Shown one piece after another: positions 1 through 11,662 of a stretch of DNA of 64,000 bases. Source of the DNA: Batkoa obscura (taxonomy: Eukaryota); contig JASVEC010000010.1 in NCBI GenBank assembly GCA_030770535.1, positions 124,001 to 188,000 of the forward strand. The letters run 5' to 3'. The position numbers and the translations under genes were made by a program. The stretch's first letter is position 1. The number at the start of each line of letters is the position of its first letter. Below the pieces are notes generated by a model. The model was not told the DNA's origin and ran no database searches. It was given only the letters and a program-made list of their open reading frames with translations.

Positions 1-1202
1 TGAATATCCATTCTAGATGGGTAACTAAACTGTACGTTTTCAAATGTTATATTCCCCTTTACTGGTGACATTTTAGATTGATTTTTTATATGTTCCTCAG
101 TCACTAAAAATGGATCAATGCTTGACTCCCTTTCAATGATTTCAAATAACTTAGTAGCAGCACCTTGTGCTGTAGCAACTGCACTAATATAAGGAGAAGC
201 CATGCCCAATACCATGGAGCCAGTTAACACATTAAAGAATACTGTTAACACGTCGCCGGCCTCTTGTTCCCTGTCATGAATTAATTTGCCACCATACCAC
301 ATAGCTAAAGCGTAGCTTGAAAACGTTATAAGCAAAAAGATGCCATTACCTAAGCCCGTAAAAAAGGCCTTACGAAAGCCACTTTTACGAGCTATCTGTA
401 ATTTATTTTCGTATCTAATTTGTTCCTTTTCCTGAGTGTTAAATGAGTAGATTGTTTTTATAGCTGACAATACTTCTTCAGCTATCGATCCTGCTTCACC
501 ATATATCCCTTGTCCGCCTTTAGAAGAATCTGCTACCGTTTTGCCTATTAAAATACCAGCAAGTACTAGCAACGGTACTGAGCTTAACATTACTAAAGTT
601 AATTTCCATCCTTTCATAAAGGCTATAACAAAAGCACCAATAAAACATGTAATATTTTGTATAAGCATCCCAATTTTATCAGATATACCATCTTGTACCA
701 TATTGATATCACCAGCTATGCGTGAAGCAATGTCGCCTGAGGAGATAGAATCAAACCAACCCATCTCTTGGCTTAAAACTGAATGATAGTATTTATTCCT
801 GATCCTCACAGCTTGACTTTCACCAACCATTAACCAAAGTGACAACTGTAAGTAAGCAGCAATTGCTGTGACACTTCCAGCTACGACAAACATAATACAT
901 AAGAAGTTAATTTCGTCTTTCAATGTTGCATCAGCAAGATCTGGGCTGACGGGATAATTTTTTTGATAATCCCCGAATAAGCCAATAAGTTGGGAAAATA
1001 ATAGAAATAAGAAAGGTTGAGATAGACCATTGATAATAGCAGCTAATATAGCTAAACCGATTATTACTTTATCATTTTTTGTTGCAAATTTAAACAGTTT
1101 GAGCAATGGTACATTTGGAGTTTTCGCTTTTTTCTCTTCTAGTTCAATACTCTTTTCATTGACTCTATTTTTACTCTCCTTCTTTTTCTTAGCTTTAAAC
1201 AT
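1..1202 (-). CDS. ABCB (MDR/P-glycoprotein-type) ABC transporter, 5' part; runs off the left edge of the window
   Basis: Manual minus-strand translation from ATG at 1202 gives MFKAKKKKESK...VPLLKLFKFATKNDKVIIGLAILAAIINGLSQP, then TMD1 with QEMGWFDS/DGISDKIG, then KGNITFENVQFSYPSRMDI (start of NBD1) at the edge. The ORF track misses it because no stop lies inside the window. Confidence 0.92.
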   Translation of the reverse strand, partial: MFKAKKKKESKNRVNEKSIELEEKKAKTPNVPLLKLFKFATKNDKVIIGLAILAAIINGLSQPFLFLLFSQLIGLFGDYQKNYPVSPDLADATLKDEINFLCIMFVVAGSVTAIAAYLQLSLWLMVGESQAVRIRNKYYHSVLSQEMGWFDSISSGDIASRIAGDINMVQDGISDKIGMLIQNITCFIGAFVIAFMKGWKLTLVMLSSVPLLVLAGILIGKTVADSSKGGQGIYGEAGSIAEEVLSAIKTIYSFNTQEKEQIRYENKLQIARKSGFRKAFFTGLGNGIFLLITFSSYALAMWYGGKLIHDREQEAGDVLTVFFNVLTGSMVLGMASPYISAVATAQGAATKLFEIIERESSIDPFLVTEEHIKNQSKMSPVKGNITFENVQFSYPSRMDI

Positions 1203-2585
1203 GTTTATTAATTAAATTTGATATTCTACAATAGAATTTTCACTTGTTTTTATATACACATTTCAGCCACTGAATATAGGGAATATTTGACTATATTCGA
1301 CCTCTTTGAAGTAAACAATTGTAATTCTAAATCCAAGTGCCTATATTCTAAACACCGAAAGTCATAGCCCGAAGGCCAAATTTACCCAAATTTAACGGGC
1401 GACCCTTGCCTAAATTTTCTACAATTCTACTTTAAATTTTCTAGCCGATGAAAAGTTATTCCGGCAAGAGTTCTTTATTATTCTTTTAGCTAATTTTATG
1501 CATATGATAGCTGAAATTGAGCAATAAATAGATGAAAAAGTCTTCCTTATCCTTTGAAATCAACTGGTTATTAACAAAATATTGAAAATGATATATAGTA
1601 GCCTTATATGGCCTTTTTGCCTTATTAAATTAGTACCGATAGTGTAATAAATGATTTCGGCTTCTACAGATCATTATTTTGTTTAAAACCAAAACCCTTG
1701 GTTACTTTGGGAAAAACAATAAAATATCAATCAACAACACTTTAATATGCTCTTGAGATTAGTTAGTTTCAAGGCTTCTTTCTTATCAATTTTACCTTAT
1801 AAGAAACATCTACCAAGTTCAAGATTATTTTTTCAGAGTTAAATATTAAAGTCTTAGTCAATTATGAGAGTTTCATATAAATTCGATTTATTTATAAAAT
1901 CCCTAAAAATTTAAGTATACCATTTAATACTATTAAATATTAAGATCCAAATAGATGGATACACAGCAAAAACCAAAATAAATATGCTAAAGTAACATAT
2001 TTTAAAAAAAGTAGGCTTTTTGTTAAATATCAGCAACACCTTTAATGCACAAATGCTAAGCTATTGTGCATCTGTAATATTAATTATCAGTGTCTTAAAT
2101 TATTCAAGAATTATGAATTTGTTTAAATCTCGGCTTTTGTTAAGTTTTCCCATAAGTTCCCATCTTTTTTAGCAAACCCACTATCTATCTAGAATAGCTT
2201 ATATTTTAGATGATTGGACTCTTTTTTCTGATTTCCTTGCAATTAATTAGCTGAAATTCATACAGTGTATTGCAAATTGATTTCAGGTAGATAATTTAAA
2301 CCACTATTTTCAATAATTTTACAAAAAGGCTATAAAAAAGTATGAAGTAAAAAGCAGGATGAATATCCAGAACTAGAACCCTTTAAAAAATTTGAAATTA
2401 TTAGTCGGTTAGTTGCTGAGATACAAAATTCCTAAAAAAATTTAAGTTAGTACCAAAATATTACGTTTTTTTTAAAAGAATATAATAAATTGTATAATTT
2501 TAAATTTTAATAAAAAATTATTTTAAAAAAATATTTTTATTCACAATTATTAATAATGATTATTTTCATATATATATAATAATAT

Positions 2586-3376
2586 GGGGATGTCCAAATT
2601 ATTTATTTTAATTTGCTTATTTCAATTTTTGATAATAGATTATAATATTGATATTTTATTATAACTGTTTTTAAACGGGCTATACTGATTCTTGCTTATA
2701 TTAAATCCAAAAATTTTACATTTAAAAAAATATACCGAAGTTATAGTCAACAACAATACTACTTGTTGGTCTTTATTTTTTGTTTCTTTTAAACCATTAG
2801 TTTTACATATTATTTTATTAAATTTTTTATTATTAATAAACTTTAATATTTTATTTTATTTTATTTTATTCCAAAATTCTGTAAACTCTGAATTATTATA
2901 AACAATTATTGAAACTAACGTAAATGAATTACAATGTTTATATTGTATGCTTTTTTTTATTATAGTAAAATTTTAAAACTTTATTTTGAAGTTTAATTAT
3001 AAAAGCTTATATTTTGCTTTTGTTTTAATGGAAAATAAAGTTAAATAAATATATGAGGATGTATTTTTGTGTTTAAGAATTTTATTAATAGCTTTTCCAT
3101 TTTTTAAGCGCTATTTAAGCGGAAAATTTGCTAGTAAAATTCTTAAACGCAAAAATACATCCCCATTTATTAAACATTTAATAAAAATTATATAAAACAT
3201 ATAATCAAAAAAAGCAATCATTTAAAAATAATAAGGCAATCAAAATAAATCTCAAGTTAAATAAAAAGGTTTGTTTTAACCTTTTCAAATTTAACCAATC
3301 ACGTTAAAGACTTAACCTAAAAGCTTAAATTTGGACTAATTTTTAACTAAATTCTGAAACCAGTTTGGACATCCCC
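2586..3376 (-). mobile_element. Non-autonomous internal-deletion derivative of the Sola-like DNA transposon at 62725; carries a nested MITE at 3055-3164
   Basis: TIRs GGGGATGTCCAAA (2586) / TTTGGACATCCCC (3376), flanks ATAT/ATAC. The reverse complement aligns by eye with the left end (ggtttcagaattta...) and first ~400 nt of the transposase ORF at 63009 (shared tataaacattgtaattcattta). Confidence 0.85.
3055..3164. mobile_element. MITE (GGGGATGT family)
   Basis: GAGGATGTATTTTTGTGTTTAAGAATTTTA ... TAAAATTCTTAAACGCAAAAATACATCCCC; flanks ATAT/ATTT. Confidence 0.85.
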
Positions 3377-3489
3377 ATACAATAATAAAAATAGTATGTT
3401 AGAGTAGTTTTCACAAAACAATACTAGCTTTTAATAGATTATCTAAAAGTATCAAATTTAGAAAGTGCTTTAATTTATTGCCTCTATCT

Positions 3490-3576
3490 GGGGATGTTTT
3501 TATGGTTTCATTACTTTTTCCATTTTTTAAGCGGGAAAATTGTTAGTAAAACTCTCAAATAATAAAATACATTCCC
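3490..3576. mobile_element. MITE (internally deleted copy)
   Basis: GGGGATGTTTT...AATACATTCCC with the family internal sequence ttcattactttttccattttttaagc. Confidence 0.8.
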
Positions 3577-4450
3577 ATATGTTATTTGATATTTATTTTT
3601 ATTGCTTTTCCAGACTTCATAGTAATTGATTTAAGATTTTAATAGAGTTTGTTGGGTTTAGTGTAAAATATAAAAAAATAATAATCAAGTTTGATAATAC
3701 TCAGTTTTAACTAAGTTGTTTCTTATTTATTGAAATGATGTTTGATGAAGATTGGAAACAAAGCCCATTATTGATTGAAGACTTCTTTCATTTCTATTTT
3801 TTTAAGAATTTCTAAAATATTACAATGTTATAATTATTATAAAAGAGACTTAAGTCTTATTAATAGTAAAAATTAAATTTGACTTATAGTGATTACTTAT
3901 GAAAGTAATACTAAAAAAACGATAATATAAAAGCTATAAATTGAGTTGGGATGTAATATTATAATGATGCTAACGTAACTTTCATCTTTACAACCATTAA
4001 CTCACTGAAAATTCAAAAAGCTTAAAATTGTGTGTTTTCGATGACTTCCTTGTTTAATACTATAATGTGAAGATATTATCAAAACTTTTATTGCAGTTTG
4101 TCTAAATTTTTTCTTGCTATAGCAGTGATGTAAAAAAAATACTGTACTATCTTTGGTAGTAGATGTAACATTTTACATTTATAGCTACTCAGAATCTTTT
4201 TAAGTGATCTTAATAATAATAATTAATTGATTAATTTATAAGAGTAAAAAGGGAGATGTTGGATCCTTGTTATACTTTAATCTATAAATAAATATAAAAT
4301 TTATGGAATAACGCTCCGCCTTGGACAGCTTTAATATATTTTATATTATATTATTTTCATATATAAAATTTAATTAAGAATAAGTTTTATTTTCAAAATA
4401 AGCACATCGTATTAAGTAGAGAGATTAAAGAAGTAAAGAAATGAAAGTAA

Positions 4451-4981
4451 TTAAGGGGTCATTCTTCTTGAAGAATAAGCTTGATGAGGAGTAGCTATAA
4501 CTGGAGATGGAATTACTTGAGGTGGTTCTAAAGTCTTCACTGAAGCTAAATTAACAAATACCAGATTTGGCGATAATACTCCTAAAGTCCTTTGGGAATC
4601 CTTCTCAAGGTAGCCTACCAGTAAGCTACTTGTTTGGCCCAAAATACAAATTGAATCACCTGGACGAAAGTGCAAGTGTAAATTGTGGTGTGAATCAAGC
4701 ATTGATTCGGTGTCTGCTCTAGAGCGTACTAAATCTTTACGCGAAGGGTATTGGGATTTTGCACTTACAGTGCACTGCACTGAGGTGGTAAAGGGGTTAA
4801 TATTGCCTATAATATCCATAAGCAAAGGCTGATTCTTAATTTTATTTGGTGAGGGACGTATTGAATATCTTTTGGGATTTTCTCTCATTGAAGGTGTTTC
4901 CTTCATAAGAGGTTTTTCAGATATAGAATCAGTATCTGACGTTGAACCAAATAAACAACTAAAACAGGAGAAGAAACCCAT
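4451..4981 (-). CDS. Small protein with N-terminal acylation motif and degenerate SH3-like domain
   Basis: 176-aa ORF starting MGFFSCFSC (Gly2 plus Cys residues). The segment AKSQYPS...LHFRPGDSICILGQ...LVGYL...GVLSPNLV follows the SH3 pattern but lacks the conserved Trp. Confidence 0.55.
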   Translation of the reverse strand: MGFFSCFSCLFGSTSDTDSISEKPLMKETPSMRENPKRYSIRPSPNKIKNQPLLMDIIGNINPFTTSVQCTVSAKSQYPSRKDLVRSRADTESMLDSHHNLHLHFRPGDSICILGQTSSLLVGYLEKDSQRTLGVLSPNLVFVNLASVKTLEPPQVIPSPVIATPHQAYSSRRMTP

Positions 4982-6876
4982 ATATGTGATTATTGAGTAC
5001 TTGATAAGATAGAATTAATATTATGGACAGTCGATTATTGAATCAACCTTTGAAATGAATAGGATATTTGTATTAACTTGATACAAAATTTTGAACAATA
5101 TAACAAACCAGTTGATATAAATGATACTTATTTAAAATAAAGATTTGACTAGTAATGAAACAGAAAATACTTAAATACCAAAAGTATGCTCAAGTTGATA
5201 TAAACTATAGTTATAACTTATAATTACTGAGGATCAATAGAACCGCTAACACTTAAAATATTATTGTATTATTTGTTCAACAAAAATGAAATAAGCTACA
5301 AGTCAACTTAGTACCCAATACCAATTTAACTAAAATTCCTAATTAAAAGAAAAAAGATGAAGAAATATTTTTGATTCCTCTTTTCTTATATAAGTTGGAT
5401 AATTTAATTTATTGGAACCCAATTTATTAAGGCTTGATTCTGAATAACACCAACAAATTAAATATTGCTATTTGCGAAAATAAATGGCTTTTATTGGCAT
5501 TTTTAATTGTTGTTTTTTAAGTCATCTATCTCTAATTTTAGATCTGCGAGTGAGATATAGTGTCAAACTTATAAATAACCTTATATTTGATAACGATATT
5601 TAATTAGATGTTGAGTTAAAACTATTATCATATTAAAGTATAAACAATGCCATAGTGTGTTAATATCTAACATGAATTACATTTAATAACATCATATTTC
5701 AAGTATGTTAATTTAAAAAATTGTTATTTAATTATCAATATTTTAGAAACATGGCTATTTGCTCATCATTCTCAATAATCGAATACACAGGTGGTACACT
5801 TTAATAATTGCTTTAAATATATTTATTAAAATCTATAGTAATATGTAATACATTTATTCTAATTAATACCCTTAAATTTTTTTATAGAAAGGTTACAAAA
5901 CAAAGCAGAAAATGTTAAATAAGTTATAATTATTTTATTAATTAGCTTCGATATAAACGATAGATACCTAAGAAAAATAGATTATTATTTGAACAGATTG
6001 AATGTTAAATTAAATATGATAACATCAGTGTTAAAAAGCCAAAAGTGTTTTAATCCACATAAAAGTTCAGGTGAAGAAATTCAAGTTGCATGTTGTTCAT
6101 CATAATCAGCAAAATAAATTAAAGTTTGTACTTACGTTAGCATATAATATATAGTACAGATTTAGCTTCTAAAAAACAAAGAGTAAGTATTTGTGTTTAA
6201 ATTAGATTGAAAATTAATTAAAACTATTTCAGAGAGAAGAACCGTAATTGTTGTTTATCAACATGAAAATTCAGTTGAAGAAATTCAACATTGTTTACAA
6301 AATTCATCACAGCTTTGAGTTTAAATGTTAGAAATAAAAAAGTACCTTATAAATAAAAAGAACTCTTTGTCCATCAAATAACACTATTTATTGTTGGATA
6401 TCATACTAAGATTAAAACAAACAACACTAGAGTTTTCTTAATAAATAAGACGTAAACTTGTGGCGCTTATGATTAAAACCTAAAGTGATAGCACATTGAA
6501 TATAGTTGTTTAATGTACAAAGAATTGACTATCAAAATTTAAAACTTATTAATATTTATACTTTGGAATTTCATCTGCAGGGGTAAAAATTTTAATGAAA
6601 ATTCTTTAACCAATCATATCCTCACATTTGTTTTTGAAATAAAGTTATTTAATTGGATATTTGAAATTTGAATTGTTCTTGCAATTTTAAAATTTAATAG
6701 CTTAATCTGATTTAAATTAAATATTCCAACTACAGTTATATTAATAGCTGGCATTACCAATATGAATAATCAAAAGTGATAATTTATTAAAAAGTTGGTA
6801 TCTTTTGTTTTGTTTTTAGATATAGGATACTTTTCAGCAACAGCAAAATACCGGCTAAATGCATAAATAAAAGCCT

Positions 6877-6974
6877 AAGGATGTATTTTTAGTTTCAATA
6901 ATTTATCCATTTTTAATAGCTATTGAGTGGAAAAATTGTTCGAAGAATCTTTATATAAAAAAGATGTATTCATC
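6877..6974. mobile_element. Degraded MITE
   Basis: AAGGATGTATTTTTAGTTTCAAT...GAGTGGAAAAATTGTT resembles the family consensus; right end eroded. Confidence 0.55.
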
Positions 6975-7141
6975 TAATTTAATAATACTATTATTTATCA
7001 GATAAAGAAAGATCTAATATTGGCCATGAGTTTGTGTGTTGAGATTTTTATTTTATAGTTGAAATGTACTTTGATAAAACAAGTAAAAAATCATGGAAAA
7101 ACAATAAAATAAAAGGGATTTAAACATCAACCATTAAATGT

Positions 7142-7825
7142 TTATAATAAAAAGTATAAACTAGAAATAAGTAATAAAAATTGAGAGCTGACCAATGTGG
7201 TGGAAGAGCTACCCTTTGCGCCATCTTTACCAGAAGAGCCTTTGGTAGCTTCGTCCTTTGAAAGAAGTTTGAAAGAAGCTGGTGGGTATTTGGGGTCTTT
7301 AGGATCAGTCCAATTGAGCCATTGGTTATTTTCACATAATTGGGAAGCCTTGAAGTAAAAAGTATTATTTTTTTCTTTAGGTAAAGCAGAAAGAGATGGA
7401 AGCTTGAAAGAGAGAGGGAAATCAGCAAACATGTTATAAGGTATCTTTCCATCTGAATAAACAACAGCGATAGTTTGACCTTTTGGCTCACTATGACCAT
7501 CTGCTTTATTGTCAGTTGGCTTTTGATCATCTTTTTTGGGTGCATCATCTCTTCTTTCAACCTTTTTCTCTTCGGCTTTTGGTTTTATTTTAATTTCAGC
7601 TTTCCAACCTGCCACTATACCTGCAGAGAATTCAGTCTTAAGATCAAGGACGTCTTGATCAAACTCAATGATTACTTTGACAGTATCTGACTTATCACAA
7701 CCATGAGGAATACGGATACTAGTACTGGCGTAAGTTCCTTCAACACCTTGATTTGGGCTAACAGTTACGTGGGAGTTCACCAAGAGTGGTAATGCAGCAA
7801 TAGCTAAAGTACAAAGGAATTTCAT
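7142..7825 (-). CDS. Secreted YcnI/DUF1775-family copper-binding protein, putatively GPI-anchored (paralog 1)
   Basis: Signal peptide ending VNS, followed by HVTVSP (mature N-terminal His). Motifs RIPHGCD, GWKAE, FKASQLCE and WLNW. Ser/Gly spacer then a hydrophobic C-terminus with no cytosolic tail. Intronless. Confidence 0.85.
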   Translation of the reverse strand: MKFLCTLAIAALPLLVNSHVTVSPNQGVEGTYASTSIRIPHGCDKSDTVKVIIEFDQDVLDLKTEFSAGIVAGWKAEIKIKPKAEEKKVERRDDAPKKDDQKPTDNKADGHSEPKGQTIAVVYSDGKIPYNMFADFPLSFKLPSLSALPKEKNNTFYFKASQLCENNQWLNWTDPKDPKYPPASFKLLSKDEATKGSSGKDGAKGSSSTTLVSSQFLLLISSLYFLL

Positions 7826-8171
7826 TATTAAATGATTTAAATTAAATCCTAAAAGATAATAAATTACCTTCGGTTTCCTCTGTATTTATATATATCTTTC
7901 CTATGATATCACAAGCTAGAATAATACATTTAGTGTTAATTCATCTCATGTTTTTCTAGAAAAAAAGAATAAACTTAATCCTTCCATGATTTGATTGATT
8001 TCTAAAACTGTTCAATTTACGATATGTCATAGTTCTTTTTGAAAATAGCCAACCTTTGCTGTTATTCTTAGAAATTGAAATAAAACGAATTCTTAACAAA
8101 TATATTTGGTTTTAACGAAAATATACTAAATTTAATTCATTTAATGTAAATATTTATATTAATTTAACAGA

Positions 8172-8915
8172 TTAAAGTAAAGAGTATAAAACAGTGGCAA
8201 GTAATAAGGCTGGGGAGCCATATACTAAAGATGAGGAACTACCTTTTGCACCATCTTTACCAGCACTCTTAGCAAGAACTTTGAAAGCTGGTGGTGGGTA
8301 TTTAGGGTCTTTAGGGTCAGTCCAGTTGAGCCATTGGTTATTTTCACATAACTGAGAGGCTCTGAAGTAAAGGGTAGAGTTTGCTTCTTTTGGTAAAGCA
8401 GAAAGAGATGGAAGTTTGAAAGAGATAGGGAAATCAAGGAAAAGATCAGCAGGTACTTTACCTCCTGAATAGATAATCTTAGTGACTGGACCTTTCTTTT
8501 CAACTGGTTTAGTTTCATCTTTCTTATCAGTAGGTTTAGGATCATCTTTCTTATCAGTGGTTTTTGTGGCATCCTTAGTTTCGGATGATTTGACTTCAGT
8601 TGTTTTGATTTCATCCTTCTTTCCTTCAGTACTATCGCCATGTCTTCTTTCTAATTTCTTTTCGACTGGGGCAGTTACAAGCTCAGTAGACCAACCATTA
8701 ACATAACCAGCAGAAAAAGGAGTTTTGAGATCAATGAGGACTTGATCAAACTCAATTACTAATTTAACAGTGCTGGAACCATCACAACCATGGGGAATAC
8801 GAAGATTAGCGCTTTGGTAACCTTCTTCAACACCCTCTTTTGGAGATACAGTAACGTGGGAGTTGACTAAGAATGGAAGTAAAGTAGCAGCAAGAGTAGC
8901 AAAAGTAAATTTCAT
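8172..8915 (-). CDS. Secreted YcnI/DUF1775-family copper-binding protein, putatively GPI-anchored (paralog 2)
   Basis: Same architecture as paralog 1: VNS-HVTVSP, LRIPHGCDGSSTVKL, FRASQLCENNQWLNWTDP, GSSSS plus hydrophobic tail. Tandem duplicate with a near-identical C-terminal half. Confidence 0.85.
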   Translation of the reverse strand: MKFTFATLAATLLPFLVNSHVTVSPKEGVEEGYQSANLRIPHGCDGSSTVKLVIEFDQVLIDLKTPFSAGYVNGWSTELVTAPVEKKLERRHGDSTEGKKDEIKTTEVKSSETKDATKTTDKKDDPKPTDKKDETKPVEKKGPVTKIIYSGGKVPADLFLDFPISFKLPSLSALPKEANSTLYFRASQLCENNQWLNWTDPKDPKYPPPAFKVLAKSAGKDGAKGSSSSLVYGSPALLLATVLYSLL

Positions 8916-9718
8916 TATGTAAGAAATATATGAGAGTCCTAGTAAAAAGGTGAGGTAAAGTGGATCGATCTAGTTTCTATTTATACTTTTCAGAACTAGT
9001 AACATGGGTTACAGTTTTGTTTGTGTTAATTTAAATGTTCTATACTTTTTTAAATAAATAAAAATTCTAAATTTAGTAAGCTTCTGGCACCTTCTTTTTG
9101 AACCAATTTATTCTTCGCTTCTTATTAACCCACTTTGTAAAATTAATTACCCTGATTTAATCAACCTTTTATGGGCCTATGTATCAAGTTTGTAGTAGTA
9201 TAAGCTATCATAACTACGTTATTTATATTATTTGCCATATTTTGAATGCTATGTGAAATAGTATTGTATTTATAATTAGATATTACATTTCTCAAGTTGA
9301 TTTATAAACAAGATTAGAAAATATTAGAAAAATATTTAGAATTTTTTCTTCTTAAATTAGCATCAGTCATTCTTCACAATCAATTAGTAGAAGCATTATT
9401 CCTTCGAGAAAGTTCCAATCAAATTTCTTTAACTATTCTACATTGATCTTGGTTAATATATAGTATTAAAAAAAATTATATGTAAATCTCTTAATTATCC
9501 TTTATTTGATTTTGAAATCATGGGGTTTATATGTGACCTTCTAGAAGGATTTTTAAGAAAAAAGAACGGATCATTCAACTAAAATTATAATTCTAAGTAC
9601 CCATCCTTGATTTATTCTTAAAGAAACCTTGAATAAATATAAATTTTTGTAAATTAAGTGGATACAAATTTACAATCATATATCCGATGTTAGTTTAGCA
9701 TTCTCGAATGTACCATAT

Positions 9719-9814
9719 AAGGATGTATTTTTTTGTTTAAGAATTTTACTAACAATCTTTGCACTCAAATAGCCCTTGAAAAATAGAGAAGTAATGAAAC
9801 TAAAAAACATCCCC
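9719..9814. mobile_element. MITE
   Basis: ATAT-AAGGATGTATTT...AAAACATCCCC-ATAT. Confidence 0.85.
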
Positions 9815-10282
9815 ATATATTCAAATTAATTATTGTATGAGCCAAAAGTAATATATAAAATATCAAAGTATTAAGGGGTATGCAACCTTTTTAGAAGCAT
9901 TTGAGATATACCAGATAAATCGATTATTTTTTTCAAATTGGCATCTATAATCAAGAATTAAGAGTATGGAAAGAGTAGAAACCTGGGAAATAACAATAAA
10001 ATATAATGTTTAATAGTATTGTATATATTATTATTGCTTAGGTGGTATTAAAAGACCTTGGATAAATAAATTTATTTAACTTCGTGTAAGAGTTTACCAT
10101 AGTTGCTTTTCTAAATTAATAATAAATATTTGGCAAAGTATAAAAACTAGCAGATTTTAAGTGTCAAAGCATACAAAGAATAATAAACTAATATAACTAA
10201 ACTATAATGTTTATAAATTAACGAAAAAAAATAATCCATAATTTTTTAGAATAAAACTATTGTTTATGTAATAAAATTATAT

Positions 10283-10378
10283 GAGGATGTTTTTTTGGTT
10301 TCATCATTTTCTATCTTTTGGGCGCTATTTGAATGCAAAGATTGTTAGTAAAATTCTTAAACAAAAAAATACATCGTT
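10283..10378. mobile_element. MITE
   Basis: ATAT-GAGGATGTTT...AATACATCGTT-ATAT. Confidence 0.85.
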
Positions 10379-10387
10379 ATATATATC

Positions 10388-10752
10388 AGTATAATAATTC
10401 TAGATTGATCATAAGTTATTTTGATACTTCGATTTTATTAAAGTTAACTTCAAAGATGTCAATTATTTATTTTATTTTTAATTACTAAATATACATACTT
10501 TATTTTAAAAACTTACAGTGAATGTAAAAAATATTTTTATTGTGATTACAAAATATGTATATTGGTACCATAAATTGATTTTTACACAAAATTATTTGAA
10601 ATAAACTATTTAACTGTAGTTATAAAATTTTATAAAAAAATATTTATTTTTTCAATATTTCTCGTTTTGTAATGATAACTTAATATTTTGCATTGTTTCT
10701 AATAAAACTAAAGTATCAAAATAATTTATGAATAGTCTAGAAATATCATACT
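10388..10752. repeat. Long decayed inverted repeat (foldback element remnant)
   Basis: 10388-10440 is the imperfect reverse complement of 10700-10752. Inner arms also pair, with the centre near TGGTACCA at ~10563-10570. Confidence 0.65.
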
Positions 10753-10971
10753 AATTTTTTTACTTAATTGTTTTTATTACAATCATCATGATTTTTCAAA
10801 AAGTATAAGTTTCTATACTATCTAAATTACTAAAGTCTTTAATTTTAAAATCACTAGTTATTAATATTTAAATAAGCTTTGTAAATTTAATTCATTGTTT
10901 TTAAAAAACAACCCTTTATTTGAAGCTTTAAGAATCATGACATTTATATAATAGTAGTTTATAAATTTAAT

Positions 10972-11062
10972 AGGGGTGTTTTTTAATTTCATTACTTTTT
11001 CTATTTTCAAGTGCTATTTAGGTGGAGAGATTGTTAACAAAATTCTCAAAAAACACATCCCC
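10972..11062. mobile_element. MITE
   Basis: AGGGGTGTTTT...ACACATCCCC-ATAT with the family internal sequence. Confidence 0.8.
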
Positions 11063-11159
11063 ATATATTTTGCTAGTTATTTAACCTTCATGATCTCTAT
11101 CTTTAATTTTAAATCATAAGTTTTTACAAAAATTCGCACAACTTTTAATAGTATTAACT

Positions 11160-11338
11160 TATTATGGGTATAGTAAGAAAAGAATTTCAACAAACTAATA
11201 AAGATTTTCAACGTAAATTTCCTCAAAAGTGAACAAATAGGGAATTTTCATGTGCTATTTGATTTAGTTACTTTTGTTAACTATAATTGAATTTTTTTCT
11301 CTAGTTTGTTAAAAAAATTTCTTACTATAACTATAATA
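11160..11338. repeat. Decayed inverted repeat
   Basis: tattatgggtatagtaagaaaagaatttcaacaaacta pairs with tagtttgttaaaaaaatttcttactataactataata. Confidence 0.6.
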
Positions 11339-11443
11339 GATTGAAAAATATAATAATTGTTTTTTGATTTTTTTTAAAAATTACATGCCTAGGATGGTGT
11401 TAATTAAAAACATGATAGTAGTAATCGAATTTACTAGGAGTTA

Positions 11444-11662
11444 ATGGCAGCTTCTATAAATATTAATAAACCCAAAGGGGCCCTAACCAAGGATGATATA
11501 CTTGGGTTTCTTAGACGATTTGAGTTTGATAGTGAAAAATGAGAATTCCCTAGCCAGGAAGGATCTCTACTCGGAAATGCAATCCTAGGCTCATCTAGAG
11601 GTTATCTTTCAATATTAGTGATAGATTACTCAAATAGTACAAATTATGAAGAAATAGTTTAA
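11444..11662 (+). pseudogene. Possible decayed retrotransposon gag fragment
   Basis: Translates MAASININKPKGALTKDDILGFLRRFEFDSEK*EFPSQEGSLLGNAILGSSRGYL. FLRRFE resembles gag N-termini; there is an in-frame stop. Confidence 0.3.

Noticed and set aside
541..1215. Plus-strand ORFs 541-786 and 1030-1215
   Set aside because: Antisense shadows of the ABCB transporter on the minus strand.
7120..8706. Overlapping ORFs 7120-7560, 7475-7690, 8225-8641 and 8482-8706
   Set aside because: Alternative-frame or antisense shadows of the YcnI-like genes; no independent motifs.
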